DNA of 60,561 nucleotides. It comes from Thiohalomonadaceae bacterium. GTDB lineage: Bacteria > Pseudomonadota > Gammaproteobacteria > Thiohalomonadales > Thiohalomonadaceae. The stretch is taken from positions 1-60,561 of the forward strand of contig JBFEWO010000001.1 in NCBI GenBank assembly GCA_041546305.1. Reading direction: 5' to 3'. The notes beneath the pieces were generated by a model that worked only from the letters and a program-made list of their open reading frames with translations, did not search any database and was not told the DNA's origin. How positions within the stretch are numbered: position 1 is the stretch's first letter; each line of letters opens with the position of its first letter. Below are positions 56,066 through 60,561 of the stretch, one piece after another. Made by a program: the position numbers and the translations under genes.

Positions 56066-56661
56066 CTCTTTCCCTCTATCGTTTGTATCCCCCGCGAGCC
56101 AGCGGAGTTGCTGCAGTTATATCATGTACGATGCAGTACGCCACAAAATAACCCATTTTTGCGACAGACAACCCAATCAAGACCATCTCTATCTAACGCG
56201 CAATTAACCCAAAATAGACAACGATACCTCACCTTCCTTAGCAAAATCTGAAACCACTTATTACCCCAGGATGGCATATGTAAGCCGCATAAAGTGGCCA
56301 ATAACGCACAGAAAAAGTGGTTTTTTTGGTCTTTATAAAAAAAAACGAGCCATAAGCCTATTTCAGTATAAATTTTCAAGATCTCGGGAGCGTTTTTGGG
56401 TAAAATAGCGCGCTTTTCGAGGCTGGACAGGTGAGAGGCGGTGGTTAGACCAATCGACTCGACACATTGGTTTGAGCCGCCACAAGGCTTTGACGCCGGG
56501 AATATTCGATTTTTGCCCATGGTTTGTCGGACCCTCCGGCCCTGGTCAAAGGCGCCAGCGTTGTGGAGAGGGGGCTCATGCGCCCCGCAACACGGGCATC
56601 CTGCGAAACGCTAATGGTTGTTGTCGCCGGACACTTTTTACACAGGAACTTGAGTACTACT

Positions 56662-58746
56662 ATGACTGACTTATCTCTCTACCGTAATATCGGCATCTTC
56701 GCGCACGTTGACGCCGGTAAGACCACCACCACCGAGCGTATCCTTAAGCTCACTGGTAAGGTACACAAGACCGGTGAGGTCCACGACGGTGAGGCCACCA
56801 CCGACTTCATGGACCAGGAGCGCGAGCGCGGTATCACCATCCAATCCGCGGCGACCTCCTGTTTCTGGAAGGACCACCGCTTCAACATCATCGACACCCC
56901 CGGACACGTCGACTTCACCATCGAAGTCTACCGCTCCCTGAAGGTGCTGGACGGCGGCGTCGGTGTATTTTGCGGCTCCGGCGGCGTTGAGCCCCAGTCC
57001 GAGACCAACTGGCGCTATGCCAATGAATCCGAAGTTGCCCGCCTGATCTTCGTCAACAAGCTCGACCGTATGGGTGCGGACTTCTACCGCGTGGTCAAGC
57101 AGGTTGAAGACGTGCTGGGTGCTCGTCCCCTGGTGATGACCCTGCCGATCGGCATCGAGGAAAACTTCAAGGGCGTGGTCGACATACTGAGCCAGAAGGC
57201 CTACATTTGGGACGATTCCGGCCTGCCCGAGAACTACGAAATCACTGACATCCCGGCTGACATGGTCGAGAAAGCCGCAGAGTACCGCGAGGCCCTGATC
57301 GAGACCGCCGTGGAGCAGGACGACGACCTGATGGAAGCCTACCTGGAAGGCAACGAGCCCTCAATCGAGGACATCAAGCGCTGCATCCGCAAGGGCACCA
57401 TCAAGCTTGACTTCTTCCCCACCTACTGTGGTTCCGCGTTCAAGAACAAGGGTATCCAGCTGGTACTGGACGGCGTGGTCGATTACCTGCCCAGCCCGAC
57501 CGAGGTTGATCCCCAGCCCGAGGTGGATCTGGAAGGTAACGAGACCGGTAACTTCGCCATCGTTGATGCAGACAAGCCGCTGCGCGCCCTGGCCTTCAAG
57601 ATCATGGACGACCGTTTCGGAGCCCTGACCTTTACCCGCATTTACTCCGGCAAGGTTGCCAAGGGTGATACTGTCCTCAACACCTTCACCGGCAAGACCG
57701 AACGTATCGGCCGTATCGTGGAAATGCACGCCAACGACCGTATCGAGCTCGACTCCGCCCAGGCCGGTGACATCGTCGCCTTTATCGGTATGAAGAACAC
57801 CCAGACCGGTCACACCCTGTGCGATCCGAAGAACCCGGCCACCCTCGAGCCGATGGTCTTCCCCGAGCCGGTTATCTCCATTGCCGTTGCACCGAAGGAC
57901 AAGGGCGGCGCCGAGAAGCTGGGTATCGCCATCAACAAGATGGTGGCCGAAGACCCCTCCTTCCGCGTCGAGACCGACGAGGAGAGCGGCGAGACCATCC
58001 TTAAGGGGATGGGCGAGCTGCACCTGGACATCAAGATCGACATCCTCAAGCGTACCCACGGCATCGACGTCAACGTCGGAAAGCCACAGGTAGCCTACCG
58101 TGAGTCCATCACCAAGCGTGTCGAAGACAGCTACACCCACAAGAAGCAATCCGGCGGTTCCGGTCAGTTCGCCAAGATCGACTACATCATCGAGCCTGGC
58201 GAAACCAACAGCGGATTCACCTTCGAATCGACCGTGACCGGCGGTAACGTACCTCGCGAGTTCTGGCCTGCAGTAGAGAAGGGCTTCCGCGGGATGATGG
58301 ACGAGGGTGTACTAGCCGGCTTCCCGGTTCTGGACGTGCACTTCAACCTGACCGACGGTGGCTTCCACGCGGTCGACTCCTCGGCCATCGCCTACGAGAT
58401 CGCCGCCAAGGCCGCCTTCCGCCAGTCCATTGCCAAGGCCGGACCGCAACTGCTCGAGCCGATCATGAAGGTCGACGTCTTCACCCCCGATGATCACGTG
58501 GGTGACGTCATCGGCGACCTCAACCGTCGCCGCGGCATGATCCAGGGTCAAGATTCCGGCGCCACCGGCGTGCGCATCAAGGCCCAGGCCCCGCTCTCTG
58601 AGATGTTCGGCTACATCGGAGACCTACGTACCATGACCTCCGGTCGTGGCCAGTTCTCCATGGAGTTCTCCCACTATGCACCGTGCCCGGCCAACGTGGC
58701 TGAAGCGGTCATCAAGGAGACCAAGGAGCGTAAGGCAGCCAAGTAA
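56662..58746 (+). CDS. fusA: Elongation factor G paralog, located outside any str operon context
   Basis: The start is [28 protein letters not shown]. Motifs DTPGHVDF and NKLDR are present. EF-G domains II to V follow (…GELHLDI…). Confidence 0.95.
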   Translation: MTDLSLYRNIGIFAHVDAGKTTTTERILKLTGKVHKTGEVHDGEATTDFMDQERERGITIQSAATSCFWKDHRFNIIDTPGHVDFTIEVYRSLKVLDGGVGVFCGSGGVEPQSETNWRYANESEVARLIFVNKLDRMGADFYRVVKQVEDVLGARPLVMTLPIGIEENFKGVVDILSQKAYIWDDSGLPENYEITDIPADMVEKAAEYREALIETAVEQDDDLMEAYLEGNEPSIEDIKRCIRKGTIKLDFFPTYCGSAFKNKGIQLVLDGVVDYLPSPTEVDPQPEVDLEGNETGNFAIVDADKPLRALAFKIMDDRFGALTFTRIYSGKVAKGDTVLNTFTGKTERIGRIVEMHANDRIELDSAQAGDIVAFIGMKNTQTGHTLCDPKNPATLEPMVFPEPVISIAVAPKDKGGAEKLGIAINKMVAEDPSFRVETDEESGETILKGMGELHLDIKIDILKRTHGIDVNVGKPQVAYRESITKRVEDSYTHKKQSGGSGQFAKIDYIIEPGETNSGFTFESTVTGGNVPREFWPAVEKGFRGMMDEGVLAGFPVLDVHFNLTDGGFHAVDSSAIAYEIAAKAAFRQSIAKAGPQLLEPIMKVDVFTPDDHVGDVIGDLNRRRGMIQGQDSGATGVRIKAQAPLSEMFGYIGDLRTMTSGRGQFSMEFSHYAPCPANVAEAVIKETKERKAAK

Positions 58747-58794
58747 GCGATTGCTTGCCAGCCTTGGGAGGTAGGTTCAGCTTGCCTCCCCCTT

Positions 58795-58830
58795 CAAAAA
58801 AGCCCGGACCGATGGTTCGGGCTTTTTTTG
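58795..58830 (+). terminator. Rho-independent terminator of the EF-G paralog
   Basis: AAAAAAGCCCGGACC-gat-GGTTCGGGCTTTTTTT. Confidence 0.8.
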
Positions 58831-58936
58831 TTGTCATGTCATTAGCGACACAGTTCCACTCTTAACTATCACCCAACCCCCTCCCCCGATATAATTCTCT
58901 CCATCCAACAACATTGCGTTTACTCCCGGAAACACC

Positions 58937-59938
58937 ATGCCGATCACCCACGCCATCACTCACCACATCCTCCGTACTGCCGATAGCAACACCAAGCTCT
59001 CGCTGCGCCAAAACGAGCTTGCCACCGAAGGGCACAGTGAGGAGTTGCTCGGCAAACTCAAAAGCAGCTTTCTTGCCCGCATCAGCCGCGAGCACGGCAG
59101 TTTCTCCAGTGAAGGTGAATCATCGTTGCTCCAGCGAGAGCTCGAGGCTTTTCTTTCCAATGAGCACTCCTTTAATCAACTCAGTACAGCCTTTATGGAA
59201 GCACTGAGCCGTCAGGCCGATGAAAAGAAATTCGAGCTCGACGCGCACGTGCTCTTCTTCGTCGAAAAATCCTTCGACCATCACATGTTCTATATCTTCG
59301 TCACCCGTCTCAGTGAATCCCTGACCATCAGTGACAATATGGACATCGCCGTCGCCTCAGCGATTGACACCGGTCCCGCTCTTTTTGGTATCAAGGTGGA
59401 TCTGGCGGAGTGGAAAGAACGCAAGGATTACGCCTACCTTTCGCTATTGCCTCCACGTGGCAACCCGGCACTCGCCGACACTTTTTATTCTCTTACTGGC
59501 TTTACCAACGGTATCGACAAACAAAAATCCACCCTCGCCTTTCTGGAAGGGGTCGAAGCCTTCGCCAAGCAACTACCACAGGAGAAGGTTGACGACTACC
59601 GCAACCGGGTCGTCGAATATTGCATGGAACAGGAAGAAAAAGATGCACCGGTCGAGCTGCAGGCACTGGCCAAAACGGTAGAAGGGATCAACCAGGACGA
59701 ATTCGTGCGCACGGTGGCTCAACATGCCCCTCAGGGCGAACAGGAACTGATGGTGGATCGACGCAGTCTTCGCCACTATGTGAAATTCGCCGGCCGTGAA
59801 AAGGACCTGGCGATCAGCTTCAATTCTTATCAGCTGAACAAGCGGGTGCAATACGATGCCGACACGGACACGCTCAGTATCAACGGGCTGCCCAAGGCTT
59901 TGCGCGATCAGTTGATAAGGCACATGAACGCCGAATAA
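58937..59938 (+). CDS. yejK: Nucleoid-associated protein YejK/NdpA
   Basis: It is collinear with E. coli YejK, including the C-terminal block LR.Y.KFAG....L.I.F.......R..YD..TDTL.I.G.P..LRDQL.R. Confidence 0.85.
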   Translation: MPITHAITHHILRTADSNTKLSLRQNELATEGHSEELLGKLKSSFLARISREHGSFSSEGESSLLQRELEAFLSNEHSFNQLSTAFMEALSRQADEKKFELDAHVLFFVEKSFDHHMFYIFVTRLSESLTISDNMDIAVASAIDTGPALFGIKVDLAEWKERKDYAYLSLLPPRGNPALADTFYSLTGFTNGIDKQKSTLAFLEGVEAFAKQLPQEKVDDYRNRVVEYCMEQEEKDAPVELQALAKTVEGINQDEFVRTVAQHAPQGEQELMVDRRSLRHYVKFAGREKDLAISFNSYQLNKRVQYDADTDTLSINGLPKALRDQLIRHMNAE

Positions 59939-60016
59939 TGCGACAGCGCGGTTAAGTCACAGCTGTCGGCTAGCGGCAAACCTCCTCATCCAACGCAACC
60001 AACAGGCGAAAGAACA

Positions 60017-60430
60017 CTAGCTTTTTATTGGCTGCTTGTTGCCATGTTCATCGATCGCCACGTAGGTGAATGCCGCCTCGGTCACCTTGAAACGGGTATT
60101 TCTGTCTTCGCGTTCGCGCAGGATTGGTTTGACCCACACCTCCAAGTTGATCTTCATCGAGGTGTGTCCCGTGTGAACCAAACGGCCATAGCAGCAGACC
60201 ACATCGCCCACATGGACCGGACGGATGAACTGAATCGAGTCTGCCGCCACGGTCACAGTACGTGAGTTGGCAATCTCCTTGGCCAGGATGCCACCCGCAA
60301 TGTCCATCTGCGACATGATCCAACCGCCAAAAATATCGCCATTGGCGTTGGTATCGGCCGGCATGGCCAAAGTACGCAGAATAAGATCGCCTTTGGGTTC
60401 GACGCTCTCATTGGGTAAAGGATTGTCTCC
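60017..60430 (-). CDS. yciA: Acyl-CoA thioesterase, hotdog fold (YciA-like)
   Basis: The start is MGDNPLP. The sequence reads L.LRTLAMPADTNANGDIFGGWIMSQMD.AG...A.......VTVA...I.F..PV.VGDVV. Confidence 0.85.
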   Translation of the reverse strand, partial: GDNPLPNESVEPKGDLILRTLAMPADTNANGDIFGGWIMSQMDIAGGILAKEIANSRTVTVAADSIQFIRPVHVGDVVCCYGRLVHTGHTSMKINLEVWVKPILREREDRNTRFKVTEAAFTYVAIDEHGNKQPIKS

Positions 60431-60463
60431 CATTTCAGAAACTCCGCTACAGGTAAGGGAGAA

Positions 60464-60561
60464 GTTCAAAGTTCAAAGTTCAAAGTTCAAAGTTCAAAGT
60501 TCAAAGTTCAAAGTTCAAAGTTCAAAGTTCAAAGTTCAAAGTTCAAAGTTCAAAGTTCAAA
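60464..60561. repeat. Perfect tandem heptanucleotide repeat (GTTCAAA) x14, reaching the end of the window
   Basis: Counted directly: 98 nt, which is 14 exact units with no interruptions. It begins 34 nt upstream of the yciA-like start codon and continues to the last base of the window. Confidence 0.95.

Noticed and set aside
56122-56520. A 132 aa minus-strand ORF in the large intergenic region upstream of the EF-G paralog.
   Set aside because: It is AT-rich and rich in Cys, Phe and Trp, with a non-protein-like composition and no start context. I treat the region as noncoding (see the corresponding finding).
56490-56560. A faint resemblance of GTCGGACCCTCCGGCCCTGGTCAAAGGCGCC to part of a c-di-GMP-I (GEMM) riboswitch (…GCCUCCGGCCUAAACC…).
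   Set aside because: The hallmark ACGCAAAGC element and the paired GNRA-tetraloop/receptor architecture are not present. The similarity is a short GC-rich coincidence.
1-60561. A search for tRNA, rRNA, tmRNA, RNase P, CRISPR arrays, IS elements, integrases, phage genes and known defence systems.
   Set aside because: I saw no T-loop or acceptor-type tRNA signatures, no spaced direct-repeat arrays, no transposase, integrase or recombinase motifs, and no defence-type domains. The only tandem repeat is the heptamer at the right edge.

Overview
This 60.6 kb window looks like ordinary, moderately GC-rich chromosomal DNA, probably from a gammaproteobacterium. The gene content fits a sulfur-oxidising or chemolithotrophic lifestyle: two DsrC/TusE-like genes, a sulfite-oxidase-family molybdoenzyme, a bacteriohemerythrin, an HPP transporter and a transaldolase-transketolase fusion. 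About 65 protein genes are supported and they are densely packed on both strands. Many are housekeeping genes: recQ, deaD, two cspA-type cold-shock genes, dsbB, class II ribonucleotide reductase nrdJ, an EF-G paralog, yejK/ndpA, yciA-like, an RluA-family synthase and a pilU-like ATPase. Signalling genes include a PAS histidine kinase paired with a receiver/TrxR-like fusion, a FecR plus CHASE2 class III cyclase pair, a hybrid kinase with a binding-protein partner, and an orphan CheY-like regulator. There are several small regulator-plus-target modules (TetR, two MarR, LysR) and many small secreted or membrane proteins of unknown function. I found no rRNA, tRNA, CRISPR array, transposase, integrase, phage module or recognisable defence island. 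No single clearly novel system stands out. The items most worth follow-up are: (1) a response-regulator-fused thioredoxin-reductase-like flavoprotein that lacks the CxxC centre, paired with a kinase carrying a degenerate receiver and duplicated PAS domains; (2) a three-part transaldolase + transketolase-N + transketolase-C fusion of about 990 aa; (3) two DsrC/TusE paralogs lacking one or both functional cysteines, one beside an HPP transporter and one beside a Tat-exported molybdoenzyme; (4) tandem bacterial spondin_N paralogs; (5) a perfect 14-copy heptanucleotide repeat (GTTCAAA) that runs off the right edge of the window; and (6) a roughly 600 bp noncoding region with a GC-rich leader ahead of the EF-G paralog. 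All family assignments come from reading motifs by eye, not from database searches.
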